Positions 53,604 to 61,424 of a DNA stretch of 64,000 nucleotides are shown piece by piece. Source of the stretch: Myxococcales bacterium (GTDB lineage Bacteria > Myxococcota > Myxococcia > Myxococcales > 40CM-4-68-19); the NCBI GenBank assembly GCA_036393835.1, contig DASWGI010000034.1, positions 6,149 through 70,148 of the forward strand, written 5' to 3'. The position numbers and the translations under genes were made by a program. The notes below the pieces were generated by a model, which was given only the letters and a program-made list of their open reading frames with translations, was not told the origin of the DNA and searched no databases. Positions within the stretch are counted from its first letter, which is position 1. The number at the start of each line of letters is the position of its first letter.

Positions 53604-54977
53604 GTGTTCCACAAGCTGCTCATCGCCAACCGCGGCGAGATCGCCTGCCGCGTGGCGCGCGCGGCGCGCGCGCTGGGCGTCCGCACCGTCGCCGTGTACT
53701 CCGACGCCGACGAGCGATCGCTGCACCTCGAGCAGTGCGACGAGGCGGTGCGCCTGGGCCCCGCGCCCGCGCGCGAGAGCTACCTGGACGCGGAGAAAGT
53801 GCTGGCCGCCGCGAAGAGCACCGGCGCCGAGGCGATCCATCCCGGCTACGGCTTCCTCTCCGAGCAGGCCGACTTCGCGCAGGCCTGCGCCGCGGCCGGG
53901 TTGGTCTTCGTGGGCCCGCCGCCCGGGGCGATGCGCGCGATCAAGGACAAGTCGCAGGCGCGCGCGGTGATGCGCGGCGCGGGCGTGCCGGTCGTCCCGG
54001 GGTCCGAGGGGCACGTGACGCCCGAGCTCGCCGCCGACGAGGCGCGGGCCCTCGGCTTCCCGCTCCTGGTCAAGGCGGCGGGCGGCGGCGGCGGGATCGG
54101 CATGCAGGTGGCGAACGACGAGCCGGAGCTGCTCAAGGGGCTGCGCGCCTGCTCGGACCGGGCGCGCGCCTCGTTCGGCAAGGACGCGGTCTACCTGGAG
54201 CGCTACTTCCCGGCGCCGCGGCACGTGGAGGTGCAGGTCCTGGGGGACGGGCGCCTCACCCTGCACCTCGGCGCGCGCGAGTGCTCGATCCAGCGGCGCC
54301 ATCAAAAGATTTTGGAAGAGGCGCCGGCCGCCGCCTTCGAGCTCCCCTCGCCCCGGCCGCGCCTGCGGGACGAGCTGCTCCAGGCGGGCCTGGCCGCGGC
54401 GCGCGCGGTGGGCTACGCCAACGCCGGCACCTGCGAGTTCCTGCTGGTCGGCGACCAGGTCTACTTCATCGAGCTGAACGCGCGGCTGCAAGTGGAGCAC
54501 CCGGTGACCGAGGCGGTGACCGGCCTCGACCTGGTGCAGCTCCAGATCCGCATCGCGGCGGGCGAGCACCTGCCCATCGGCCAGGGCGACGTGAAGACGC
54601 GCGGGCACGCGATCGAGTGCCGCGTCAACGCCGAGGACCCGGTGAGGTTCTTTCCCTCGCCCGGCAAGATCGTCCGGTTCGAGACGCCGGTTCCCGCCGA
54701 CGGCCGGTTCCACGACGGCGTCCGCGTCGACGCGGGATACCGTGCGGGCGACACGGTGACGCCCTTCTACGACTCGCTGCTCGCGAAGCTCGTGGTGCAC
54801 GGCCCCACCCGCGCCGAGGCCATCGCGCGGCTGGGCGCCGCGCTCGACGCCTTCGCGGTCGAGGGAGTCAAGACCAACCTTCCGCTCCACCGCCGAATCG
54901 CCGCATCGCCCTTCTTCGCGCGCGGCGAGCTCGACACCCGTTTCCTGGAACGACTGACTCAGGAGGTCCCGCCTTGA
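53604..54977 (+). CDS. accC: biotin carboxylase (acetyl/acyl-CoA carboxylase subunit)
   Basis: GTG 53604 after GGAGG. KLLIANRGEIACRV, HPGYGFLSE, LLVKAAGGGGGIGM, CSIQRRHQK and FIELNARLQVEHPVTE. Confidence 0.9.
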   Translation: MFHKLLIANRGEIACRVARAARALGVRTVAVYSDADERSLHLEQCDEAVRLGPAPARESYLDAEKVLAAAKSTGAEAIHPGYGFLSEQADFAQACAAAGLVFVGPPPGAMRAIKDKSQARAVMRGAGVPVVPGSEGHVTPELAADEARALGFPLLVKAAGGGGGIGMQVANDEPELLKGLRACSDRARASFGKDAVYLERYFPAPRHVEVQVLGDGRLTLHLGARECSIQRRHQKILEEAPAAAFELPSPRPRLRDELLQAGLAAARAVGYANAGTCEFLLVGDQVYFIELNARLQVEHPVTEAVTGLDLVQLQIRIAAGEHLPIGQGDVKTRGHAIECRVNAEDPVRFFPSPGKIVRFETPVPADGRFHDGVRVDAGYRAGDTVTPFYDSLLAKLVVHGPTRAEAIARLGAALDAFAVEGVKTNLPLHRRIAASPFFARGELDTRFLERLTQEVPP

Positions 54978-55189
54978 TCGACGTGCCCGCCCACATCACC
55001 GGCACCGTCTGGAAGATCGAGAAGAAGCCCGGCGACCCGGTGTCCGCCGGAGACGTGCTGGTGATCATCGAATCGATGAAGATGGAGATGCCCGTCGAAG
55101 CGCCCGAGGACGGCAAGGTCTCGGAGGTCCGCTGCAAGGAAGGGCAGCCGGTCAGCGAAGGCGAGGTGCTGGTCGTGCTCGCCAAATGA
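54974..55189 (+). CDS. small biotinyl/lipoyl-attachment domain protein (BCCP-like, 71 aa)
   Basis: TTG 54974 after AGGAGG overlaps the accC TGA. VLVIIESMKMEMPVEAPEDG contains the biotinylation motif (E/A)MKM. It lacks the N-terminal part of a canonical AccB. Confidence 0.8.
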   Translation: MIDVPAHITGTVWKIEKKPGDPVSAGDVLVIIESMKMEMPVEAPEDGKVSEVRCKEGQPVSEGEVLVVLAK

Positions 55190-55195
55190 GGGCCG

Positions 55196-55251
55196 GCCGC
55201 CGTATTCGGCGGCGCTGTGTTCATGGCGCGGACGTCATGGATGCGCTTCAG
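55196..55251 (+). repeat. intergenic repeat family copy between convergent genes
   Basis: GCCGCCG-tatt-CGGCGGC-gctgtgttcatggcgcggacgtcatggatgcgcttcag. It begins 7 nt after the BCCP-like stop, and its last 4 nt overlap the stop of the minus-strand regulator (55248-55250). Confidence 0.7.
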
Positions 55252-55841
55252 ACCCGCGAGAACAGCTCGGGGAGCCGGATCTTCAGCGCGTGGGCGATCT
55301 TGTAGAGCGAAGTGACGCTGGCGCTCGATTCGGCGCGCTCGATCTGCGAGAGCAGGCTGACCGAGAGCCCGGTCCGCTTCGCGAGCTGCTTCAGGGTCAG
55401 GGTCCGCTTCTTGCGCAGATCGCGGATGGCCGATCCGATGTTGCGGTGCAGCTCTTCCTCGGGCAGGAGCGCCAGCCCCTTCGCGGCGAGCGCCCGCCGC
55501 ACCGCTCCGAGCAGCTCGTCCTCGCGCACCGGCTTGCGCAGGTAGTCCACCACGCCGCCGCGCAGGGCGGAGACGGCGGAATCGAGCGTCGCATAGCCGG
55601 TCATGAGGATGACGGCGCAGTCGGAATCGTGGTGCCGGATCATCTCCACCACGTCCAGCCCGGAGATGTCGGGCATCTTGAGGTCCACCACCGCGAGGTG
55701 GATGTCGTTCTTGCGGATCTCCTCCTCGACCTTGCGGCCGTCGGTCAGCGTCTGGACGCGGTAGCCATCCTTCTTGAGGATCTTCTCGACCAGCTCGACG
55801 GAGTCCTGGTCGTCGTCGACAACGAGGATTCGAATGTCCAC
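55248..55841 (-). CDS. response regulator: REC receiver + C-terminal XRE/Cro-type HTH
   Basis: 197 aa with a GTG start after GAAGGGGG. ILVVDDD...AVVDLKMPDISG...ILMTGY...DYLRKP is a receiver domain. LKQLAKRTGLSVSLLSQIERAESSASVTSLYKIAHAL is an XRE HTH. Confidence 0.85.
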   Translation of the reverse strand: MDIRILVVDDDQDSVELVEKILKKDGYRVQTLTDGRKVEEEIRKNDIHLAVVDLKMPDISGLDVVEMIRHHDSDCAVILMTGYATLDSAVSALRGGVVDYLRKPVREDELLGAVRRALAAKGLALLPEEELHRNIGSAIRDLRKKRTLTLKQLAKRTGLSVSLLSQIERAESSASVTSLYKIAHALKIRLPELFSRV

Positions 55842-55878
55842 CGTAGCCCCCTTCGTTGGGACGCGCAGTGAAGTCTGA

Positions 55879-55893
55879 CGTACCTACGGTACG
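55879..55893. promoter_or_regulatory. palindrome CGTACC-tac-GGTACG between the promoter candidate and the RBS of the REC-XRE gene
   Basis: Perfect 6-bp arms, 8-22 nt downstream (minus-strand sense) of the -10 candidate. Confidence 0.35.
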
Positions 55894-55900
55894 GCAAAGC

Positions 55901-55929
55901 TTGTTATCCGGCCGCGCCTCAGCGGTCAA
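55901..55929 (-). promoter_or_regulatory. promoter candidate TTGACC-N17-TAACAA for the REC-XRE regulator
   Basis: On the minus strand, TTGACC lies at 55929-55924 and TAACAA at 55906-55901, within the 107-nt gap downstream of the FHA genes. Confidence 0.35.
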
Positions 55930-55948
55930 CGGACGGACGTGTAGGCGT

Positions 55949-56530
55949 TTACCGTACGCTGTCGCGTGATCCCGGGGGCGCGGAGTCACGTGACGATTGT
56001 GCATCGGGGTCCGTGATCGTGATCGTGCTGGTACTCGTGCTCGTGCTCGAACTCGCCGGCGACTGCGTCTCGGCGCCGCGGGCGGTGCGGAGCCACAGCG
56101 CTGCCGCGACGGCGGAGGCGACGAGCACGGCTACGATGAAAGTCGTAATGCGCGCCCTTCGCGCGTCCAGTCCGCGCCTCGCGCCGCGAATCGGAGTGGT
56201 GGTTTCTTCCGCGGCTCGCGGGTCCGGCTCCGGCTTCTCGTCGGGGCCTCCTTTCAGCGTGAGATCGTACTGGCTGATCTCGATGAGGTCGCCTTCGCGG
56301 ACCAGGCGCGGTCCGTGGACCCGGCCGCCGTTGACGCGGACGCCGGTGAAGCTGCCCAGGTCCTCGACGTACACGCGGCCGCTGCGGCGCAAGAGCTTGG
56401 CGTGGCGGCGCGAGACGTCCTTCTCGGTGAGCCGGACGGGGCTCCCCTCGGCGCGGCCGATGATCAGCTCGTCGCGGAAGAGCGGCACGACGGTGCGTCG
56501 GCCCTCGTCGTCCTCGATGATCAGCTTCAT
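55949..56530 (-). CDS. FHA-domain protein with one TM helix and Ser/Thr-rich extracytoplasmic tail
   Basis: Tail of ORF 55949..58774, starting at ATG 56530. MKLIIEDDEGRRTVVPLFRDELIIGRAEGSPVRLTEKDVSRRHAKL...VEDLGSFTGVRVNG is an FHA domain. TM helix ITTFIVAVLVASAVAAALWL. Tail SPASSSTSTSTSTITITD. Confidence 0.8.
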   Translation of the reverse strand: MKLIIEDDEGRRTVVPLFRDELIIGRAEGSPVRLTEKDVSRRHAKLLRRSGRVYVEDLGSFTGVRVNGGRVHGPRLVREGDLIEISQYDLTLKGGPDEKPEPDPRAAEETTTPIRGARRGLDARRARITTFIVAVLVASAVAAALWLRTARGAETQSPASSSTSTSTSTITITDPDAQSSRDSAPPGSRDSVR

Positions 56531-56538
56531 CTCGGCGG

Positions 56539-58374
56539 CTACCCGCCGAACTTGTCGATGAGCTGCTGCAGCTGTCCCCTGGTGGCGTCGTCCGCGAAGG
56601 GCATGTAGAGCTTGTACCACTTCACCGCCGCCTTGGTATCGCCCGCGTAGACGGCCGCGGTGCCGAGCCCGCGATAGGCGAATCCGACGTATTGCTTGCT
56701 CGGCTTCAGGTCGATGGCGGCCTGGTACTTGGCGGCGGCGCCCCCGAAGTCCTTCGCGCTCACCTTCGCGTTGCCTTCCTGGATCAGCTGGTACGCCTTC
56801 TGATCGCGGCTCGCCGGGGAGAGGCCGCCGCCCTCGTGCCGCGCGGAAGCCGGCTTCTCCGCCTGCGCCTGCTGCGGCGCGCACGACAGCGCCTGCGCCT
56901 CGGCGCTGTTGGCGTCGAGCGCGAGGACCTGCTGCACCTCCTGCTTGCACGACTCGATCTTTCCCTGCGCCTTCGCCGCCTGCGCCTTGGCGAGGTGCGC
57001 GGCGGCGTAGCCGGACTTCACCTGGTCGCCCTTCTCCCGCACCCTCTCGCAGAACCAGGTGGTCTCGGTGGAGCACTTCTCGTAGAGCGCGCGCGCCTTG
57101 TCGAAGTCCTTCGCCGCGATCGCCTTGTCGAGGGCCAGGTCGACTTCCTGCGCGCGCGCCTCGTCCTGCGCCTTGGCGCGGTTCGCCGGCTTCTCTCCCT
57201 TGGCCGCCGCGGCGTCGTAGTACTCGAGCGCCTTGAGGTAGTCGTGCTTCTTGAACTCGCGATCGCCGGCCTTGGTCGCCTCGGCGGCGGACAGGTCCCC
57301 CTCGCCCCCTTCGTCGGCGCGCCTGGCCTTCCCCAGCAGGAGGAAGGCGACCAGCGCGGCGGCGACCAGCGCACCCGCGCCCGCGACCAGCGGCAGCTTG
57401 CCCTTCTTCGCCGCCGGAGCCCTCGCGCCCTCGCGGGCCCCGGCGATCAGCTCCGCGGTGGTGGGGCGCAGGCCGGGCTTCGCCTCTTCGGCCTTGTCCG
57501 CGGACAGGGTGAACTTCTCGCCCGGCGCGCAGAAGCGGAACTTGAGGTGTCCCAACTCGACCGTGTCGCCGGGCCTGACCGCGCCGATGGCGTACTGCTC
57601 GCCGTTGATGTGCACGCCGTTGGCGCTCTTGTTGTCGACCACCTTCCAGCTCGCGTCCTCGAGCACGAACCGCGCGTGCTGGCGGCTCATCGACTGGTGA
57701 TCGATGGCGATGTCGTTCTCGTCGCTGCGCCCGATCTTCACCTCGGTGCGCGTGAGGAAGAACTCCTTGCCGCGCACGTTGCCGGTGAGGCCCACCAGGC
57801 GGGGCATCTCGCCCTTCTGCAGGTCGCGGACGTCGACCTGCGGGGCGGACTTCATGATGTCGCTGACGCGGATGATGGCGGTCGCGCCGCCCGCGCTCGC
57901 GGAAGCCGTCGAGGCGCTGCCGGGGGCCGGGCCCGCCGCCGGAGGGGGCGGCGGCTCCGCGGCAGCGGCGGCGGAAGCTTGCACCTGCGGATGGGGGATG
58001 GCCGCCGGCCTCTGCGCCATCATCGACGGCGGGATGGTCGTGCGCCCCATCTTCGGCTGGGTGGGAGGCGGCGTGGTGGGAACCTCGATCCGGCCCTGGA
58101 CGCCGAGATCGTAGTCGCCGATCTCGATCAGGTCGCCTTCCTTGATCTTGGTGGGGCCGTTGATGCGCTCGCCGTTGACGCGCACGCCGTTGTAGGACCC
58201 CAGGTCCTCGATCACCAGCGAGCCGTTGTCCTTCTTCAGGCGCGCGTGCCGGCGGGAGACGTTGCGCTCGCTCAGCTTGATGATGTTCCCGTCCTGGCGC
58301 CCGATGGTGATCTCTTCGCGCACGAGCGGGACGACGGTCTTCCGTCCCTCGTCGTCCTCGATGATGAGCTTCAT
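56539..58374 (-). CDS. double-FHA-domain membrane protein with C-terminal TPR-like periplasmic region
   Basis: 611 aa. FHA1 is MKLIIEDDEGRKTVVPLVREEITIGR...SRRHARL...IEDLGSYNGVRVNG. FHA2 is KIGRSDENDIAIDHQSMSRQHARF...DNKSANGVHING. TM helix LPLVAGAGALVAAALVAFLLL, followed by TPR-like repeats. Confidence 0.85.
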   Translation of the reverse strand: MKLIIEDDEGRKTVVPLVREEITIGRQDGNIIKLSERNVSRRHARLKKDNGSLVIEDLGSYNGVRVNGERINGPTKIKEGDLIEIGDYDLGVQGRIEVPTTPPPTQPKMGRTTIPPSMMAQRPAAIPHPQVQASAAAAAEPPPPPAAGPAPGSASTASASAGGATAIIRVSDIMKSAPQVDVRDLQKGEMPRLVGLTGNVRGKEFFLTRTEVKIGRSDENDIAIDHQSMSRQHARFVLEDASWKVVDNKSANGVHINGEQYAIGAVRPGDTVELGHLKFRFCAPGEKFTLSADKAEEAKPGLRPTTAELIAGAREGARAPAAKKGKLPLVAGAGALVAAALVAFLLLGKARRADEGGEGDLSAAEATKAGDREFKKHDYLKALEYYDAAAAKGEKPANRAKAQDEARAQEVDLALDKAIAAKDFDKARALYEKCSTETTWFCERVREKGDQVKSGYAAAHLAKAQAAKAQGKIESCKQEVQQVLALDANSAEAQALSCAPQQAQAEKPASARHEGGGLSPASRDQKAYQLIQEGNAKVSAKDFGGAAAKYQAAIDLKPSKQYVGFAYRGLGTAAVYAGDTKAAVKWYKLYMPFADDATRGQLQQLIDKFGG

Positions 58375-58445
58375 GAGGTCCTCCGCCCGAGGCGCTTTCT
58401 GCCTGGGGCGTGTGGTGAGCGAGGGCCTGCCGCGTACCCCCCTCA

Positions 58446-59672
58446 GTGATCATCCTAGTGCAGATGGGCGCGTGGACGGAAGAAGCGACTGTCGGGTCGC
58501 CGACGGCCCGGGATGCCGCGCTGCGTCCAGGGTCGGCGCGCGAAATGCTGGCCGTTTCCGGCATCCCCTGGGTGACGCTGCTCTTCCTGCTGGCGTGCGC
58601 CTGGGTGCTGCTGGCGGCCGGCGGAATGAGGGGGGCCCTGTCGGTTTCCGGATTGCTCGCGTACGGGGCCAAGGCCACTCCGCTGATCCTCGATCGGGGC
58701 GAGACGTGGCGCCTGCTCTCGGCGAACCTCCTGCACAAGGACCTCTTGCACCTCGCGTTCAATGCCTTCGCCATCTGGAACGTGGGGGGCGCGCTGGAGC
58801 GGGCCGTCCGGCCGGCCGACTACCTGGCGTTGATCATCTTCACTGCGCTGGGGACGACGGTGGCTTCCGCGGTCGGCGCCGATTCGATCTCGCTGGGAGC
58901 CTCGGGCGTCGCCTTCGGTGTGCTGGGCGCGTCCGCCACCTTCGGCTGGCGGCGCGCGGTGCGCGGACGGCTGCGCGCGCATTTCGGCCTGCGGCTCTTG
59001 CCCTGGCTGTTCGCGCTGTTCCTGGCCGGGCTCGGCTCGGCGGGCGTAGACAACTGGGGGCACGGCGGAGGGCTGCTCGCGGGAGCTGCGTGCGGGCTGT
59101 TCCTGACTCCGCGGGAGTGGCCGGGCGAAGCGGCGGCGCGCAGGCTCGCCGCCGCAACCGGGGCCCTGGTGGGGACGGTCTCGATGGGGATGTTCGCCGC
59201 TCCTGCGCTGCCGGTGCTGGGAGCTTTGCGCGAAGGTCCGCTGGGGAGCTCGATGCAGGTGCCGCTCGGATGGCGGAAGGCGGCGTCTTCGCCGCACGAG
59301 ATCTCGTACACGAACGGGCTGTCCACGCTGTGGCGGAACTCGGTCACGCTGCTCTCGGCCCCGGGTTGCCGCGGATCGGCCGACCTGGTGCGCGGCGCGG
59401 TGACCAGGGACCTGTGGCGCCTGGCCGACGTGGGCGCGCTCCGCGCGGTGGACGTTGCGGAGCCGCACCCCGGGCGCGTGGCTGGATCGGTGCGCGTGGT
59501 CGCGACCGTGCTCGGTGAAGACGGGCAGGCACATCTCGAGGCGGTCTGCACGGAGCGCGACCGCACCGCGCTCGCGGTGGTGGTCCTGCAGCCGCTCTCG
59601 GAACGGCCGACCGAGCTGGCGGATCGGATCGCGCGGACGGTGCGGTGGCCGGTGGTGCCGCCTTCGCCGTAA
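58446..59672 (+). CDS. rhomboid-family intramembrane serine protease with about 170-aa C-terminal extension
   Basis: WRLLSANLLHKDLLHLAFNAF (the HxxxN-type helix-2 motif), GASGVAFGVLG (catalytic GxSG) and NWGHGGGLLAG (catalytic His). The start is uncertain: GTG 58446 or ATG 58464. Confidence 0.8.
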   Translation: MIILVQMGAWTEEATVGSPTARDAALRPGSAREMLAVSGIPWVTLLFLLACAWVLLAAGGMRGALSVSGLLAYGAKATPLILDRGETWRLLSANLLHKDLLHLAFNAFAIWNVGGALERAVRPADYLALIIFTALGTTVASAVGADSISLGASGVAFGVLGASATFGWRRAVRGRLRAHFGLRLLPWLFALFLAGLGSAGVDNWGHGGGLLAGAACGLFLTPREWPGEAAARRLAAATGALVGTVSMGMFAAPALPVLGALREGPLGSSMQVPLGWRKAASSPHEISYTNGLSTLWRNSVTLLSAPGCRGSADLVRGAVTRDLWRLADVGALRAVDVAEPHPGRVAGSVRVVATVLGEDGQAHLEAVCTERDRTALAVVVLQPLSERPTELADRIARTVRWPVVPPSP

Positions 59673-59673
59673 T

Positions 59674-60408
59674 CTACCGAGTCACGGCGAAGCGCGCCGA
59701 AGCCGAGGCGCCCAGACCCACCGTGTCGACGGCGGTGAGGACGGGCTCGGCCGCAGTGGCCGATGGGTCCAGCGCGCCGGTGTCCACCGCCATGCGGAAC
59801 GAGCCGTCCAGCTGGAGCGCGAGGGTCGTCCCCGGGGAAGTGGTCAGCGTCACCGCCGAGCCGTCGAAGACGTGCGCCCGGAGCTGGACCACGGCGCCCC
59901 GCGGCACCGGCTGCGAAGGCACGCTGCTCGCGTCGATGAACACGCGCGGGGCGAGGTCGTCCAGCGCGAGCGCGCCGGACAAGACGGTGGCGTGGCCCAG
60001 GTCGTCGAGCACGAAGACTTCCATCGGGACCGTCGCCTCGACGCCGGCGGGAGCGAACTGGAGCGGGACGTCGAAGCGGATCCGCCCACCGGGTTCTCGC
60101 GCTCCCTGGACGGTCTTGCCGTTGATGCGAAGCGACGCGGTCGCCACCTCCGCGCCCCCGTGCGCGCGGTCTACCCGGACCCGCACGGTGGCTGTCTGCG
60201 CGCGGGCGAAGAGCGTGCGCGGCACCTCGTCGAAGACGGCGCGCGGCGGGCTCTGGCAAACTCCTTCGGCGCAGAACAGTCCGGCCGCGCCTCCTTCGCA
60301 GTCCGCGTCCCGGCTGCAGCTGCCTCCTGGATCGGGGACGCAAGCGGCCAGCGCGAGGGCCAGCGCGGCGCCGCCGGCTCCGAGGCATGCGGCGGGCGCG
60401 GCGCTCAC
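59674..60408 (-). CDS. putative lipoprotein (beta-rich)
   Basis: Tail of ORF 59674..61377. GTG 60408 overlaps the upstream TGA (GTGA). Lipobox LALALAAC, followed by DPGGSCSRDADCEGGAAGLFCAEGVC and then a beta-rich domain. Confidence 0.6.
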   Translation of the reverse strand: MSAAPAACLGAGGAALALALAACVPDPGGSCSRDADCEGGAAGLFCAEGVCQSPPRAVFDEVPRTLFARAQTATVRVRVDRAHGGAEVATASLRINGKTVQGAREPGGRIRFDVPLQFAPAGVEATVPMEVFVLDDLGHATVLSGALALDDLAPRVFIDASSVPSQPVPRGAVVQLRAHVFDGSAVTLTTSPGTTLALQLDGSFRMAVDTGALDPSATAAEPVLTAVDTVGLGASASARFAVTR

Positions 60409-61364
60409 CACCACAAAGCCACCGCTATCGCGCCGAGCACGGCCGCCCCTGCGATCATCGCCCGCCCTGCGATCGACTCGCGCCGCGCCCGCCCGTACCG
60501 CGGTCCGTCGGTCGCGTCGAGTTCGCCCGCCGCGAATCTCGCGTGCAGGTCGTCCGACACCCTCGCTCCGTCCCACCACAGTGCTGCTCCTCCAACGGCG
60601 AGCGCCCCGGCTCCCGCGGCAATCCAGGGTGCCGCGCGGGCGCCGCTCGAGCGCGGGCGGGACGTCGCCTCCTGGGGCGCGCGCACCGGGCCGCCGACGG
60701 CACCGGTCGGCGCGGCGTTGGCAGACGGCCCGCCCGGAGCCGTTGTCGCTGTCGGAGTCGCAGTCGCTGTCGGAGTCGGTGTCGTAGTCGGAGTCGCAGT
60801 CGTAGTCGGAGTCGTAGTCGTAGTCGGAGTCGCAGTCGAGGTCGGGTTCGTGGTCGAGGTCGTGGTCGTGGTCTCGTTCGCTTTCGAGCTCTGCTTCGCC
60901 GCCCCCGCCCCCGCCGCCGCCGTCGCGCTCGGTCCCCGCCGCGGCGGCCCGGGCTCCGGCCTGGGCGCCTTCTTCTTCTTCTTCGCCGGCGGCGCCTTCT
61001 CGTGCTCCTCGTCCGGCACCTTCCTGTGCTGCTCCTCGATGAGCACGTTCAGCTCCGCGAGCTGCCGCGTGACCTCCTCTCTCAGCTCCCCCTCCGGCGC
61101 CGCGCGCAGGTAGCCGCGGAACGCCTCCTTCGACAGCTCGTACTGCTTCAGCCGGCGCCGCACGAGCCCCAGCCGGTAGAGCAGTTCCGGCGCTCCTTCT
61201 TCTCGGTAGGCCTCCTCGTATTCGCGCGCCGCCTGCGCCGCGTGACCGGTGCTCTCCGCCGCCTGCGCGCGCTGGCGGTGGCCCGCCGCAAAGGCAGAGG
61301 CGCTCAGGAGGAGACACAGCAGGGTAGGGGCCGCTCGCACTTCGCGGATGCTCGCGTGCAGCAC
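60405..61364 (-). CDS. secreted/membrane protein: signal peptide, TPR-like helix pair, Lys-rich patch, Thr/Pro-rich linker, C-terminal TM helices
   Basis: 319-aa ORF in a different frame from the longer 59674..61377 track ORF. It is preferred because of the signal peptide (RAAPTLLCLLLSASAFAAG), the sensible helical region (AAQAAREYEEAYREEGAPELLYRLGLV) and the C-terminal TM helices. The start is GTG 61364 or GTG 61340. Confidence 0.65.
   Translation of the reverse strand: MLHASIREVRAAPTLLCLLLSASAFAAGHRQRAQAAESTGHAAQAAREYEEAYREEGAPELLYRLGLVRRRLKQYELSKEAFRGYLRAAPEGELREEVTRQLAELNVLIEEQHRKVPDEEHEKAPPAKKKKKAPRPEPGPPRRGPSATAAAGAGAAKQSSKANETTTTTSTTNPTSTATPTTTTTPTTTATPTTTPTPTATATPTATTAPGGPSANAAPTGAVGGPVRAPQEATSRPRSSGARAAPWIAAGAGALAVGGAALWWDGARVSDDLHARFAAGELDATDGPRYGRARRESIAGRAMIAGAAVLGAIAVALWW
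60744..60873. repeat. hexanucleotide-periodic tandem repeat (GTCGNN)n, about 130 bp, encoding the Thr/Pro-rich linker
   Basis: gtcgctgtcggagtcgcagtcgctgtcggagtcggtgtcgtagtcggagtcgcagtcgtagtcggagtcgtagtcgtagtcggagtcgcagtcgaggtc... On the coding (minus) strand this reads ACN-(A/C/G)CG repeats, giving TTTTSTTNPTSTATPTTTTTPTTTATPTTTPTPTATATPTATT. Confidence 0.85.
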
Positions 61365-61424
61365 TCGGCGCGGTCAAGCTTCGCTCCTTGCCGCTTCAGG
61401 GAGGCCGTGCTACCCCGGCCGGGG

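Noticed and set aside
51866-54973. 1107-aa track ORF 51866..55189
   Set aside because: Only its last 72 codons (from TTG 54974) form a biotinyl-domain protein. The remainder overlaps ftsZ, a minus-strand gene and accC out of frame.
60744-60873. Possible CRISPR array or other spacer-repeat structure
   Set aside because: The period is 6 nt with no unique spacers, and the tract lies inside a coding region. No cas genes are present in the window.
59674-61377. 567-aa track ORF read as one gene, including a DSDSDCDSDYD... acidic repeat
   Set aside because: The acidic repeat is the hexanucleotide repeat read in the wrong frame. Two better-supported genes explain the region: a lipoprotein from GTG 60408 and the signal-peptide/Thr-rich protein 60405..61364 in another frame.
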